Shown here: in pieces, positions 10,596 to 19,021 of the stretch
Layout: every line of letters begins with the position of its first letter
Position numbering within the stretch: position 1 is the stretch's first letter
The notes under the pieces: model-generated
What the model was told of the DNA's origin: nothing
Database searches by the model: none
The model's input: only the letters and a program-made list of their open reading frames with translations
Translations under genes and position numbers: made by a program
DNA from: a virus
Length of the DNA stretch: 64,000 nt
IMG/VR virus record: IMGVR_UViG_3300049617_000207
Span: 32,015 to 96,014 of that record
Direction: 5' to 3' (one strand)

Positions 10596-10832
10596 TCATC
10601 GCGCGGCCTCGATCCGCGCGAGCGCCTGATCGGCCGCAACAGCAAGCTCGTAAAGCTCTTCACGCGACACGGAGAGCGTCGTCGTGAATTGGTTCTCGAC
10701 CATCGCCTGCGACCTGTCGATGAAATAGGCGCGCAGCCGCGCGAGCCGGGCGTAGCTCGGCTCGAAGGTTCCGCGGGCTGCGAGGCTCCCGCGGATCGGA
10801 TCGCGGACGTCCGCGAGGTCGACGACGGCCAT
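10596..10832 (-). CDS. hypothetical protein
   Basis: GGAGG RBS, 78 aa. Confidence 0.55.
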   Translation of the reverse strand: MAVVDLADVRDPIRGSLAARGTFEPSYARLARLRAYFIDRSQAMVENQFTTTLSVSREELYELAVAADQALARIEAAR

Positions 10833-10880
10833 GTTTGCGCCCTCCGTGGCGATGCGAGGTGTTAGGTCGGCGAGGTCATC

Positions 10881-11063
10881 CTAGACGCGACGATACCACG
10901 TGGACGCACGCCGCTCTATCTCTCCGAGCTTCCGCTCGGCCTTCTTCTGCCGCAGGTACTTGGCAAGCACGCGCACGGCCTCGCTCTCGGTCACGCCTGC
11001 GTGCTTTGCAATATCGGGTAAGGCGCGCCATTCACCGGAAAGCGCGTTCCACAGATTCGCCAT
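10881..11063 (-). CDS. small winged-helix DNA-binding protein
   Basis: LPDIAKHAGVTESEAVRVL HTH plus wing; has its own promoter at 11074-11102. Confidence 0.55.
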   Translation of the reverse strand: MANLWNALSGEWRALPDIAKHAGVTESEAVRVLAKYLRQKKAERKLGEIERRASTWYRRV

Positions 11064-11073
11064 ATCGCTTCCG

Positions 11074-11102
11074 AGTATATCAGCGCGGGGCACCAAAGTC
11101 CA
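11074..11102 (-). promoter_or_regulatory. sigma70-type promoter with the GGTGCCCC box inside the spacer
   Basis: TGGACT-N17-TATACT; box at 11087-11094. Confidence 0.6.
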
Positions 11103-11120
11103 CTTTTCCGCGCGCGCGCA

Positions 11121-11447
11121 CTACGTCCATCGCACCACGACTTCGTTCCAGAGCGTCGCGACCGGCACGAACACACGCGGCCACGACCGCGCCCACGCCT
11201 TGCAGCCCGCCCACTTCCAAAGCCGCTTGGGCACGAGCAGCGCCACGTAATACGGGCGGGTCGCGCGCCGGGTCGCGCGCCGGATCGCCCGCGACGCCCG
11301 CTCCCAGGGCGGCCCGTCGCACGACGGGCAGACGTTGACACTACGGTCCTCGCCATGACGGCAATAGCCGAGAAAGCGCGGCCGGAAGACCATCTCACTC
11401 CGACCCTGCGGCACGAGCCAATACGGCAGCCGCAGCCTCTCTTTCAT
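11121..11447 (-). CDS. hypothetical protein
   Basis: ATGA overlap with the upstream gene. Confidence 0.45.
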   Translation of the reverse strand: MKERLRLPYWLVPQGRSEMVFRPRFLGYCRHGEDRSVNVCPSCDGPPWERASRAIRRATRRATRPYYVALLVPKRLWKWAGCKAWARSWPRVFVPVATLWNEVVVRWT

Positions 11448-12127
11448 TGCATGGCCTGGCCCGGTGCCGACGGCAACACCGTGCGCATCCGTGCGACCTT
11501 GGCCGCCAGGGTGTCCGTGCGGATACCGACCCGCTGCGCCGAGGTCATGTTCCGCCACGCGGTTATCATCGTTTGCATGGCCTCCCCGATGTCCGTCGTC
11601 GGCTCGGTCTTCGTGGGCACCGCAAGGCCCAGGAGCGCGCACAGGGCCTTCTCGATCCCGAGCAGCGTCTTGCGCTCCGAGGCGATGACCGAGCGCAGCG
11701 ACGCGGCCGATTGGAGCTTACCCGCGGCCCACGCGGCATCGGCCTGGGCCTCGTACTTCGTCATCGCCGCTTGACTGCGCGCCATGAGCTTCTCGTAACG
11801 GTCGGCCTGGACGGTTACGAGCGCCGCCCGCTCGGGGTCGCCCTCCTCGATCCGGCGCCGGGTCTCCATCCGCACGTCAAGAGAGACCGTGCGCCGGTCC
11901 ACGTCGAGCATCCCGGCGATTTGCGAGAACGTGTACCCGGCGATACGCGCGTCGTAGGCACGCACCTGGCGTTCGAGAACCGCCGGATCGGTTGGGTCGA
12001 GCACGCGCTCGCCGCGGTCGTAAATCGGGTTCGCAGGATCGTGCGGCACCCCCTTACGCGCCCGGCGCGCTTTGCGGTTGAGCGGCCGAGGGCGGCCGTC
12101 CGTGGACCCTAATGCGACATCGTCCAT
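11444..12127 (-). CDS. terminase small subunit-like HTH protein
   Basis: AYDARIAGYTFSQIAGMLDVDRRTV HTH, helical body, LLGLAVPTK end typical of terS-like proteins. Confidence 0.55.
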   Translation of the reverse strand: MDDVALGSTDGRPRPLNRKARRARKGVPHDPANPIYDRGERVLDPTDPAVLERQVRAYDARIAGYTFSQIAGMLDVDRRTVSLDVRMETRRRIEEGDPERAALVTVQADRYEKLMARSQAAMTKYEAQADAAWAAGKLQSAASLRSVIASERKTLLGIEKALCALLGLAVPTKTEPTTDIGEAMQTMITAWRNMTSAQRVGIRTDTLAAKVARMRTVLPSAPGQAMQ

Positions 12128-13047
12128 GATGATGCGCACCGTATTCCCGCACGAATACCCCTCTTTCCTGCGCGCGCGTATCCTAGTATGCTTTAGCACA
12201 TGACAACGGAACGAAAAGCCGCGATAGCGGCCGACCTGCGCGAGCCGGGCTTCGAGTGCGCGTGGCGCGACGACGCGCGTGACCTCCTCGACGCCCTCGA
12301 AGAAGCGGATCGCAAGCTCCTCACTCGCGCGCCGCTTCGGGATAGCCGGGCAGGTCGGATCGCTTCACGCCACGTTCGAGGATGTCGCGGGTCGGCACGA
12401 GGTGCGTCTTGCCGGTGACGGCGTCGACGATCCGCTTGGTCGGCCCAAACTGCGCGACGACGTGCTCGATATAGGCAAGGTGGCACGGCTCGGAGCACGT
12501 GTTCTCGTAGGCCATCCGCTCGAAGCTCTGCCCGCAATTCTGACACCGCTTCATTTCGTTCCACTCCTTGAGCGCGTCGCGACACGCGACCATGAACCGG
12601 GCGGCGGCGTCCTCGTCCATGCCCAGGCTCTTCGCGACCGTGTAAAACGTCGCATCGTGACGCGCCGCGGTCGCCGCCTCGATGAGATAGGTGGCCTGCC
12701 GGATCGCCTCGGCCGGATCGAGCAACACGTGCAGCCGCCGGTCGCCTTCGACAAGTTCGAGCTTCACGAACGGCGCCTTATTCCAGAGCCCAAACATCGA
12801 GTCGATGAGGATGTTGGAGGATGTCGGCTGCTCGGATGCGCGCTCGCGCTCGGGGCCGCTCACGCCGCGGCCATCGCGGCCTTGTAGGCGGCGCTCTCGA
12901 CGGCGTAACGCGACAGGCGGCACGGACACTCCTCACCGTGCTGGCGACCTCGGCAGCCGCTCCCGAAGTCGTCGTGCGCCTGAGCCCCGTGCCCGCACCC
13001 ACAGACCGGCCCGCAGCGCCGCGGCTCGGCGTCGACCACGCCCTCCC

Positions 13048-13284
13048 TCATACCCACGACTCCACGATGCACGGATCGTCCGTGACGTCACGCGGTATGC
13101 GATAGAGCCCCTGCTCCTGCAACGGCGCGCGCGCTTCGGCCAGCGTCGCGAACGTCTGCGCCTCGCCATTCGTGACCGGCCCATGCGCACCGCTCAAGAC
13201 GCCCCACCGGCGCACGACGTAGAGGCCGGGGAAGTCGCTCGGACTCTCATACACGGTCCAGCAGGCGAAGACGTCGGTTTCCAC
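13048..13284 (-). CDS. hypothetical protein
   Basis: GAGGAGG RBS; WTVYESPSDFPG...DDPCIVESW. Confidence 0.65.
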   Translation of the reverse strand: METDVFACWTVYESPSDFPGLYVVRRWGVLSGAHGPVTNGEAQTFATLAEARAPLQEQGLYRIPRDVTDDPCIVESWV

Positions 13285-13291
13285 TCGTGGC

Positions 13292-13315
13292 CTCCTCTCC
13301 TCGTATGCTCTTACA
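13292..13315. repeat. phased 8-bp repeat array (parS-like)
   Basis: CTCCTCTC CTCGTATG CTCTTACA. Confidence 0.55.
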
Positions 13316-13691
13316 CGCTTCGAGGGGAATCCCGCCGGGCCTTTGCCTCGTGCCGGTCGACCGCGGCGGCGACGCCTTGGGCGTCACGCAATAACAGTTC
13401 CCTCATGGCAACTTCAAAGAGCGCGGACACCGACACCTTCCGCTTCCCCCGCTGCAGCACGTACTTTGCCTCACCGGCCGCGTCGAGCACCGATTGCGGA
13501 ATCGTGATCCCGATGCGGATGAGCGTATCGGGCGGGGCGGCCGAATAATCGGGCAGGCCGGGCGTCGGGCTGCGCCACTCCCCCGCTTCTTCTGCCGGTG
13601 GCCGCCGTCCGCGAGCAGGCGCCTCCGTCATGAGCGCGGCCACGTCCCCGGCGGCCCCACCGATAGCCTTGGCTTTTTCGAGTCTGTTCAT
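13311..13691 (-). CDS. ribbon-helix-helix partition protein (ParG-like)
   Basis: Directly downstream of parA; flexible N-terminus, then IRIGITIP strand and VSVSALFEVAM helix. Confidence 0.6.
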   Translation of the reverse strand: MNRLEKAKAIGGAAGDVAALMTEAPARGRRPPAEEAGEWRSPTPGLPDYSAAPPDTLIRIGITIPQSVLDAAGEAKYVLQRGKRKVSVSALFEVAMRELLLRDAQGVAAAVDRHEAKARRDSPRSV

Positions 13692-13739
13692 CTCGTATGC
13701 ACCTCTCCTGTTATCCTAGTACGCTCGCGCCCTAGAGTG
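13692..13739. repeat. phased 8-bp repeat array (parS-like)
   Basis: CTCGTATG CACCTCTC CTGTTATC CTAGTACG CTCGCGCC CTAGAGTG. Confidence 0.6.
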
Positions 13740-14460
13740 CAAGAGTAGATGAGAGCATGCCGTACGCCTGGGCCGCTGCCGACCGCGGCGCGTATGCCAG
13801 CACGGATCGCTTCGCGAGCCCCGCCTCCGCCGCCGCAACGCCGCGCGGGATCGTCGCGATGATCGGGCCGTAGCGGGCCACCTCGGCCTCCTGGTCACGC
13901 GTGAGCGCAAGCCGGGCCTGATACATCGTAAGGACGATCCCGGCGAGCTTATGGGCCGCCTCTAGGCCGTGCAGGAGGCCAAGGCTCTGCTCCGCCCCGC
14001 GTACCGCGAGCGGCTCGGCGAGCACGGCGAGAAGCACCTGATCGGCCACGGTCACGGCGGCCTGCACGAGCGACCCGAACCCCGGCGCCGAGTCGATGAT
14101 GATGACCTCGAAGCTCGACCGGCGCAACGCCGCGAGGATCGAACGGTCGCGCGAGCCGTCAAAGAGGAAGCCCAGGCGCGGCGGCGCCGCCAGGAGTGCG
14201 AAGCCCTCGGCCACGCGCACCGCGGCCTGGTCGCCCGTGTCCGCTCCGGCCAGGACCGGCAGAATCGTGCGGCTCTCCATGAGAGCGCCGGGGTCGATAC
14301 CGCACGCGAAGCTCGCACCGCCCTGCGGATCGGTGTCCACCAGGAGCGTCCGCTTCCCGCTGGCCTGGGCCGCTGCCGCAAGCGCCACGGCAGTCGTCGT
14401 CTTACCGACCCCGCCCTTGCCCGAGATAACCCCGATGATCCGGGGTGTGACAGTTCCCAC
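13732..14460 (-). CDS. parA: ParA partition ATPase (type Ib)
   Basis: KGGVGKTT deviant Walker A, LVDTDPQG, IIIDSAPG; no N-terminal HTH. Confidence 0.9.
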   Translation of the reverse strand: MGTVTPRIIGVISGKGGVGKTTTAVALAAAAQASGKRTLLVDTDPQGGASFACGIDPGALMESRTILPVLAGADTGDQAAVRVAEGFALLAAPPRLGFLFDGSRDRSILAALRRSSFEVIIIDSAPGFGSLVQAAVTVADQVLLAVLAEPLAVRGAEQSLGLLHGLEAAHKLAGIVLTMYQARLALTRDQEAEVARYGPIIATIPRGVAAAEAGLAKRSVLAYAPRSAAAQAYGMLSSTLAL

Positions 14461-14471
14461 CGCTGCGCTCC

Positions 14472-14549
14472 CTCGTCCTCTCGTATGCTTTTGCACTAGT
14501 CTACCACATGGCACGAGGATACCAGGACAGGGGACGCCGAGGATACGAG
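14472..14549. repeat. inverted pair of phased 8-bp repeat arrays upstream of parA
   Basis: Four forward units at 14472-14503 and five reverse units at 14510-14549, consensus CTCGTAT(G/C). Confidence 0.65.
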
Positions 14550-14563
14550 AAGAAGAAGCGCCG

Positions 14564-14980
14564 ATGGACGCTAACTCGTGTCACGCCCTGATCCTGTCGC
14601 GCGACATCTCGGCCGGGCTCCTGGTCGCAACGATGGCCCTGCTCATCGCAACCGCGGTGCTCAGCGCGAAAACGCAGCGCATCCTAATCGAACGCCAGGG
14701 CCGCCTCGATGAGATGCGCGAGATGATCGTGCGTGCAGAGTCCTCGGCGATGATGGCGTCGCGCGTCTCCGTGCCGTCCACCGGCGTCGCCTGCGCCGGG
14801 CTGCCCGACGGCGACCCCGCGGCCGTCCTGATCGTCCCGTGCCTCGTCTGCCATGACCCGGTACGCCTCGGCCCCCACGGGCGCACCGTCCACTCCGACT
14901 TCGGCATGCCCGTGTGCTGCCTAACCTGCGCCGCTCGCGGGCCGGGCGACAAGCTCATCACGATCCTCGCCACGCCGTAA
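14564..14980 (+). CDS. membrane-anchored zinc-finger protein
   Basis: TM helix plus CxxC..CxxC. Confidence 0.6.
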   Translation: MDANSCHALILSRDISAGLLVATMALLIATAVLSAKTQRILIERQGRLDEMREMIVRAESSAMMASRVSVPSTGVACAGLPDGDPAAVLIVPCLVCHDPVRLGPHGRTVHSDFGMPVCCLTCAARGPGDKLITILATP

Positions 14981-14981
14981 T

Positions 14982-15005
14982 CTCGTGCGCTCGTATGCTC
15001 TTACG
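14982..15005. repeat. phased 8-bp repeat array (parS-like)
   Basis: CTCGTGCG CTCGTATG CTCTTACG. Confidence 0.55.
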
Positions 15006-15082
15006 GAACAGGACACGACTTGACGCGTACGCTAGGATGGGTGGAAGAAGAAGGTCTACCACAAGCACAAGGAGGTGACGCC

Positions 15083-15346
15083 GTGGACCGTATCGACCTG
15101 CACGCCCTACCCGGCGTCGCGAAGTATCTCTGCGCGCGCCTGGCCTGGGACGGCTTCGACTACGATGTCGACGCTCGGCTCGATCCGGCCTCGGCCACCG
15201 TGCTCGTGACCCTCTTCGGTGAGCGGCGCCGGTGGCTCGACGAGGAGCCGCGGGTCCTGGCGCGCCTGCGTCGTCTCTACGAGCCCGCGTGGCGCACGCC
15301 CGGCTTCGCCGTGAGCTATCGCGTCGCGGATCGGGCCGCCGCCTAG
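15083..15346 (+). CDS. hypothetical protein
   Basis: AAGGAGGTGA RBS before GTG. Confidence 0.65.
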   Translation: MDRIDLHALPGVAKYLCARLAWDGFDYDVDARLDPASATVLVTLFGERRRWLDEEPRVLARLRRLYEPAWRTPGFAVSYRVADRAAA

Positions 15347-15352
15347 CAGAAG

Positions 15353-15391
15353 AAGAAGACGCCCGCGGCGGTTAGCCTCGGGCGTCTTCTT
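15353..15391. terminator. bidirectional terminator
   Basis: 13-bp inverted repeat AAGAAGACGCCCG/CGGGCGTCTTCTT between convergent genes. Confidence 0.7.
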
Positions 15392-15519
15392 GGTCCCACT
15401 CGATCCGGCGGTCGCGAACCGCGGGGCGCCGCTTCTGTTTGTGCGAGCCGCCCGGCCGCAGATTCACCGGCGGCCCCAGGCGCCCGACGCTCGGGGCCTT
15501 GGCGTTCTTCTTTGCCATG

Positions 15520-15867
15520 CTAGTCTTCGAGGTCTTCGAGCGTGCGCACGATGCGGTCGACCCGCAGCCCGCCGCAGCCGTTGATCGGCGAGATGCTCAT
15601 TTTCCACAGGGTCACGGCGCCGTCGAGGGTTTGGATCGCGCCCGAGATGGCACCGTCGAATTCGCCTGCTCCGGCGAGCCAATTCGTCTGCTTCACGGAG
15701 AGCCACTTCCCGGCGTGCATGTGCAGGTGCGCGTCGTCCACGTAGTCGCGGCGGAAGGTCGACACGTTCTTGCGGATCATGTCGAGCACGACGGGGACCA
15801 CGAGCGCCTGCACGGCCGGGTGCAGGTTCTTCGCGCTGTATTTCGGGGCTCTTTTGGCGTATGCCAT
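15520..15867 (-). CDS. hypothetical protein
   Basis: Follows the repeated promoter and conserved leader. Confidence 0.6.
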   Translation of the reverse strand: MAYAKRAPKYSAKNLHPAVQALVVPVVLDMIRKNVSTFRRDYVDDAHLHMHAGKWLSVKQTNWLAGAGEFDGAISGAIQTLDGAVTLWKMSISPINGCGGLRVDRIVRTLEDLED

Positions 15868-15912
15868 GATGTCGGGGTGTGCTTTCTGCGGGCCTTCGCT
15901 CGCGACTCGCTT

Positions 15913-15956
15913 ATCGTACACCCTGCGCGCTGGAAAGTCAATGCGACAGGTGCCCC
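15913..15956 (-). promoter_or_regulatory. repeated promoter copy 1
   Basis: GGGGCACC-N7-TTGACT-TTCCAGCGCGCAGGGTG-TACGAT. Confidence 0.85.
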
Positions 15957-15957
15957 G

Positions 15958-16044
15958 TTATCGCCGCTTCCACAGGTGGCACGTCTTCGCGTGCCAAGGT
16001 CCGGCCGGAAGCCCGTTCGCCGAGTAGCACGCACACTTGCTCAT
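15958..16044 (-). CDS. Cys-rich microprotein (28 aa)
   Basis: MSKCAC..HAKTC; ATGA coupling; its stop abuts the promoter box. Confidence 0.4.
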   Translation of the reverse strand: MSKCACYSANGLPAGPWHAKTCHLWKRR

Positions 16045-16214
16045 CCGCGCGTGCCCTCGAAGCACATGCAGTCGCCGCCCGCGGCGAGTGCCCCGCACCG
16101 GCAATAGCTCCCATCGGGGTGCCGGTTCGCGTCGTAGCGGGGATCGAGGCTCGGGCGCTGCGCATCGGAGCAGTCGCAGCCCAAGGGGCGGCAGGTCGGG
16201 CACTCGTCGTCCAT
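16041..16214 (-). CDS. Cys-rich microprotein
   Basis: 8 Cys in 57 aa; TAATG coupling. Confidence 0.5.
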   Translation of the reverse strand: MDDECPTCRPLGCDCSDAQRPSLDPRYDANRHPDGSYCRCGALAAGGDCMCFEGTRG

Positions 16215-16534
16215 TACGCGAAGACCTCGTCGCGCTCGGCGCGCTCGAAGTCCAGGAGCGCCGTATCGTGCGCGGCCTCGGCTTCGGCGGCCTCCGCCGC
16301 GTCGGCGGCGCACCGCGCGATGTGGTCGAGGCGGCGCTGCCCGAGCTTCCCGGCGAGTGCCTCCGCGATGCTCACGTTGTGCGCGTATGCGGTCCCGCTC
16401 TTGCGGCGAGCGGTGACGTTGGCGCTGCCGCTCTTGAGGATGCGCACGTGGGCGTCGGAGGCGACGGTGCCGCCGAAGTGCTCCGCCCACAGGCGGGCCA
16501 CGGCGCGGAATTGGTCGGGAGTTGGTGTTTCCAT
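16214..16534 (-). CDS. hypothetical protein (leaderless)
   Basis: ATG 6 nt after the -10 hexamer. Confidence 0.65.
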   Translation of the reverse strand: METPTPDQFRAVARLWAEHFGGTVASDAHVRILKSGSANVTARRKSGTAYAHNVSIAEALAGKLGQRRLDHIARCAADAAEAAEAEAAHDTALLDFERAERDEVFA

Positions 16535-16540
16535 GCGCCT

Positions 16541-16584
16541 ATCGTACGCCCTGCGCGCTGGAAAGTCAATGCCGGAGGTGCCCC
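16541..16584 (-). promoter_or_regulatory. repeated promoter copy 2
   Basis: GGGGCACC-N7-TTGACT-N17-TACGAT. Confidence 0.85.
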
Positions 16585-16585
16585 G

Positions 16586-17122
16586 TTACGTCACTCCGGC
16601 CTCGTCGTAGAGCGCGTCGATGTCGAGCGTGAAGTCGACGGAGTGTAAATGCACGAGCCCGGCGATTCGGTCGACATCGTAGGCAAAGTCGCCGGTCTCC
16701 GTGCGACGGTGCAGCCGCACCCACCGGCGCGTGGAGTCTACCACGAGATATTCCTGGAATTCTGCCATCGCCCGATATTCCGTGAGCTTCGGGCCGAGGT
16801 CGTCGCCCCGGTTCGGACTCATGATTTCGCACACGAGCTTACGCGGCTTGCCGTCGCAGATGACCATGAGGTCGGGGCTGCGCTCGGGGAATCGGCCGTG
16901 CTTGCCGGTACGCAGGCGCCCGGCGAGCCGCACCTTGCAGCCCGACGGCCGGAGGTGCGGGTTGAGCATCTCTAGCAGCCGCCCGGCGAGGTCTTGGTGC
17001 GCATCGCTCGGGATGCCCATATCGACGACCTGGCCGTCCACGTACTCGAAGCGGCCTTCGTGGCTCTCGGCGTACGCGAGAAATTCCTCGTAGGTAAGGG
17101 GCTTGGGCGTGGGCTCGTTCAT
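16586..17122 (-). CDS. Uma2 family PD-(D/E)XK endonuclease
   Basis: LTYEEFL..RFEYVDG..H; PDLMV; EIMSP; K..EY..EYLVVD. Confidence 0.85.
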   Translation of the reverse strand: MNEPTPKPLTYEEFLAYAESHEGRFEYVDGQVVDMGIPSDAHQDLAGRLLEMLNPHLRPSGCKVRLAGRLRTGKHGRFPERSPDLMVICDGKPRKLVCEIMSPNRGDDLGPKLTEYRAMAEFQEYLVVDSTRRWVRLHRRTETGDFAYDVDRIAGLVHLHSVDFTLDIDALYDEAGVT

Positions 17123-17376
17123 GCGCCGAGCTTCCCGGCGTAGCAACGCGCGCCTTTGTGCGCCCGGCGAAAGGCGAGCCGCGCGGCCATCGTCGCCTCG
17201 CGCGAAACGTGCCAGGAGATGACCCGCGAGGTCGCGTTCACCGGGTTGCCGGTGCTGCTGTAGCAACGGTGCCACGCGCTCACGCCGCCCGCCTCGGCGC
17301 TCGTGGTAAGCAGCGCCCAGGACTTGCCGGACACGCGCGGAGCGCACACGCCGCAGGTGCTCGTCGCGACGGTCAT
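17119..17376 (-). CDS. hypothetical protein
   Basis: ATGA coupling at both ends; CxxC. Confidence 0.5.
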   Translation of the reverse strand: MTVATSTCGVCAPRVSGKSWALLTTSAEAGGVSAWHRCYSSTGNPVNATSRVISWHVSREATMAARLAFRRAHKGARCYAGKLGA

Positions 17377-17555
17377 GTCGCGTCGTCGTCCGCAGTCCGG
17401 TTCCACGAGACGAGCGGGCGGCGCCCACCGTCGTCGTCGCCGCCGTAGTAGGCGGTGTGGCGGCCGGGGTGGCCTTGCGGCTTCTCGCATGGGGCGCCCG
17501 CCTTGTGCCAGGCGGCGCAGGTCTCGGAATCGGCCGTCTCGGTCGAAGTAGTCAT
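17373..17555 (-). CDS. Cys/His microprotein
   Basis: C..C.K..GH.G.H motif. Confidence 0.55.
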   Translation of the reverse strand: MTTSTETADSETCAAWHKAGAPCEKPQGHPGRHTAYYGGDDDGGRRPLVSWNRTADDDAT

Positions 17556-17556
17556 G

Positions 17557-17769
17557 TCAGTTGCTTTCTGTCGAGTAGACGACGGTGCCGGTCTCGTGAT
17601 CGTAGACGAAGGCCGGGATGTATTCGCTCGCCGTTCCGAAGCCGAGTGACCGGCGCTTGCGAGCCTCGACCTGGGCGCGTCCGAGGGCGCTGCCGAGGTC
17701 GGCATACATCGAGCGGGCGACCTTGATTTCGGGGGCACCGACGAGATTCACGGAGTAGCGTTTGTTCAT
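17557..17769 (-). CDS. hypothetical protein (leaderless)
   Basis: ATG 6 nt after the -10 hexamer. Confidence 0.65.
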   Translation of the reverse strand: MNKRYSVNLVGAPEIKVARSMYADLGSALGRAQVEARKRRSLGFGTASEYIPAFVYDHETGTVVYSTESN

Positions 17770-17775
17770 GCGCCC

Positions 17776-17819
17776 ATGCTACACCCTGCGCGCTGAAAAG
17801 TCAATGCCGGAGGTGCCCC
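17776..17819 (-). promoter_or_regulatory. repeated promoter copy 3
   Basis: GGGGCACC-N7-TTGACT-N17-TAGCAT. Confidence 0.85.
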
Positions 17820-17820
17820 G

Positions 17821-18423
17821 TTACGCCTCGTCGAGCAACGCACCCATCCGTCGGGCCTCCGCAGCGATGAATTGCAGCGCCATCGCGTCGTCGGAGAAGT
17901 CGTCCAAGAAGGCCGTGATCGAGGCTTTCACCTCGTCGCTCACGCCGACCACGATCCCAACGCTTGCGAGCTTGCGGATGAGGTCCTTGGGCGCGACGTC
18001 GGGGAATAGCTCCATCGCCCGCGGCAGGCCGCCTGTCGTGTACCCGAGCGCGAGCTTGACCGCCTGCGCGTTGCTCCACGCCTCGCGCTGCTTACGCTGC
18101 CGCGGCGGATCGGCCGAGCCCGATGGTCCCGGCGGCGGCGGGGGCGTCTCCGGCGGCGGCGCGGCGCGGCCGTTGGTCGACGGTTGGCGGATCGTGTTTC
18201 TCACGGCCTCGGGCTCCTCTCGCGCGGGCGGCGGGGTCTCGGGGGCGTCGCGGCTCTCGACGTCGTCGCCGGGCTCCGGGGGCGCCCAATACGGCCGCTC
18301 CGCCGGAGGCGGCACGCGCTCATCATCCCGCTGCGGCGCCCCGCCCACGATTCCCCGCAGGAAGACGGGCACGGTATCGCCGCGCCTGGCCAGTTGCAGG
18401 CCGGGGATCGGCGTGCTAGACAC
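17821..18423 (-). CDS. hypothetical Pro-rich protein
   Basis: 200-aa ORF whose stop abuts the promoter box. Confidence 0.65.
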   Translation of the reverse strand: MSSTPIPGLQLARRGDTVPVFLRGIVGGAPQRDDERVPPPAERPYWAPPEPGDDVESRDAPETPPPAREEPEAVRNTIRQPSTNGRAAPPPETPPPPPGPSGSADPPRQRKQREAWSNAQAVKLALGYTTGGLPRAMELFPDVAPKDLIRKLASVGIVVGVSDEVKASITAFLDDFSDDAMALQFIAAEARRMGALLDEA

Positions 18424-18451
18424 GTGGAGCCCGCTTGCTCATACGGCGTGC

Positions 18452-19021
18452 TTACGGCGTGCGCGCAAATAAGTCCCCCGTTAGCGGCTTTTGCGCCACC
18501 CGGATCGCAGCCAGCGCCCAAGCTCGGGCCACGTCCGCACGCCGTCGCTCCCGATGGCCGTCGCGATAAACCACACGCCGAAGAGGACGGTCGCAAACCT
18601 GGACCGTCCGCACAACGTCCTGCCCGAGCTTCCTGCGTAGGCGCCGCACGTGGACGTCAACCGTCCGCTCGTCGGCGACGACGTCGCCCCAAAGCTCGTC
18701 CATAAGCTCGTCGCGCGAGAACGCGCGCTCCGGGTTGCGCGCGAGATGCACGAAGAGGGCGTACTCCTTGGGCTTCAGCGCCACCCGCACGTGCCCGAAG
18801 CGCACCGTGTGCGCCACGGTGTCGACGACGATCCGGCCGACGCGTAGCTCGTCGCTCTGCGCCCGGCGTGCGCTACGCAAGGCGCACACGATCCGCGCGA
18901 CGCCCTCGCGCAAGTCCGGCTCGTCGGGGGGAACGGGATCGTGCCCGTCCATCCCCTCTTCCGCGTAGTAGGCGACGGCCTCGGCCATCGCGGGCGTGAG
19001 CTTAACAACGACCTCCTTCAC
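18452..19021 (-). CDS. OmpR/PhoB-type winged-helix protein lacking an intact receiver domain
   Basis: LKPKEYALFVHLARNPERAFSRDELMDELWG..RTVDVHVRRLRRKLG. Confidence 0.8.
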   Translation of the reverse strand: MKEVVVKLTPAMAEAVAYYAEEGMDGHDPVPPDEPDLREGVARIVCALRSARRAQSDELRVGRIVVDTVAHTVRFGHVRVALKPKEYALFVHLARNPERAFSRDELMDELWGDVVADERTVDVHVRRLRRKLGQDVVRTVQVCDRPLRRVVYRDGHRERRRADVARAWALAAIRVAQKPLTGDLFARTP

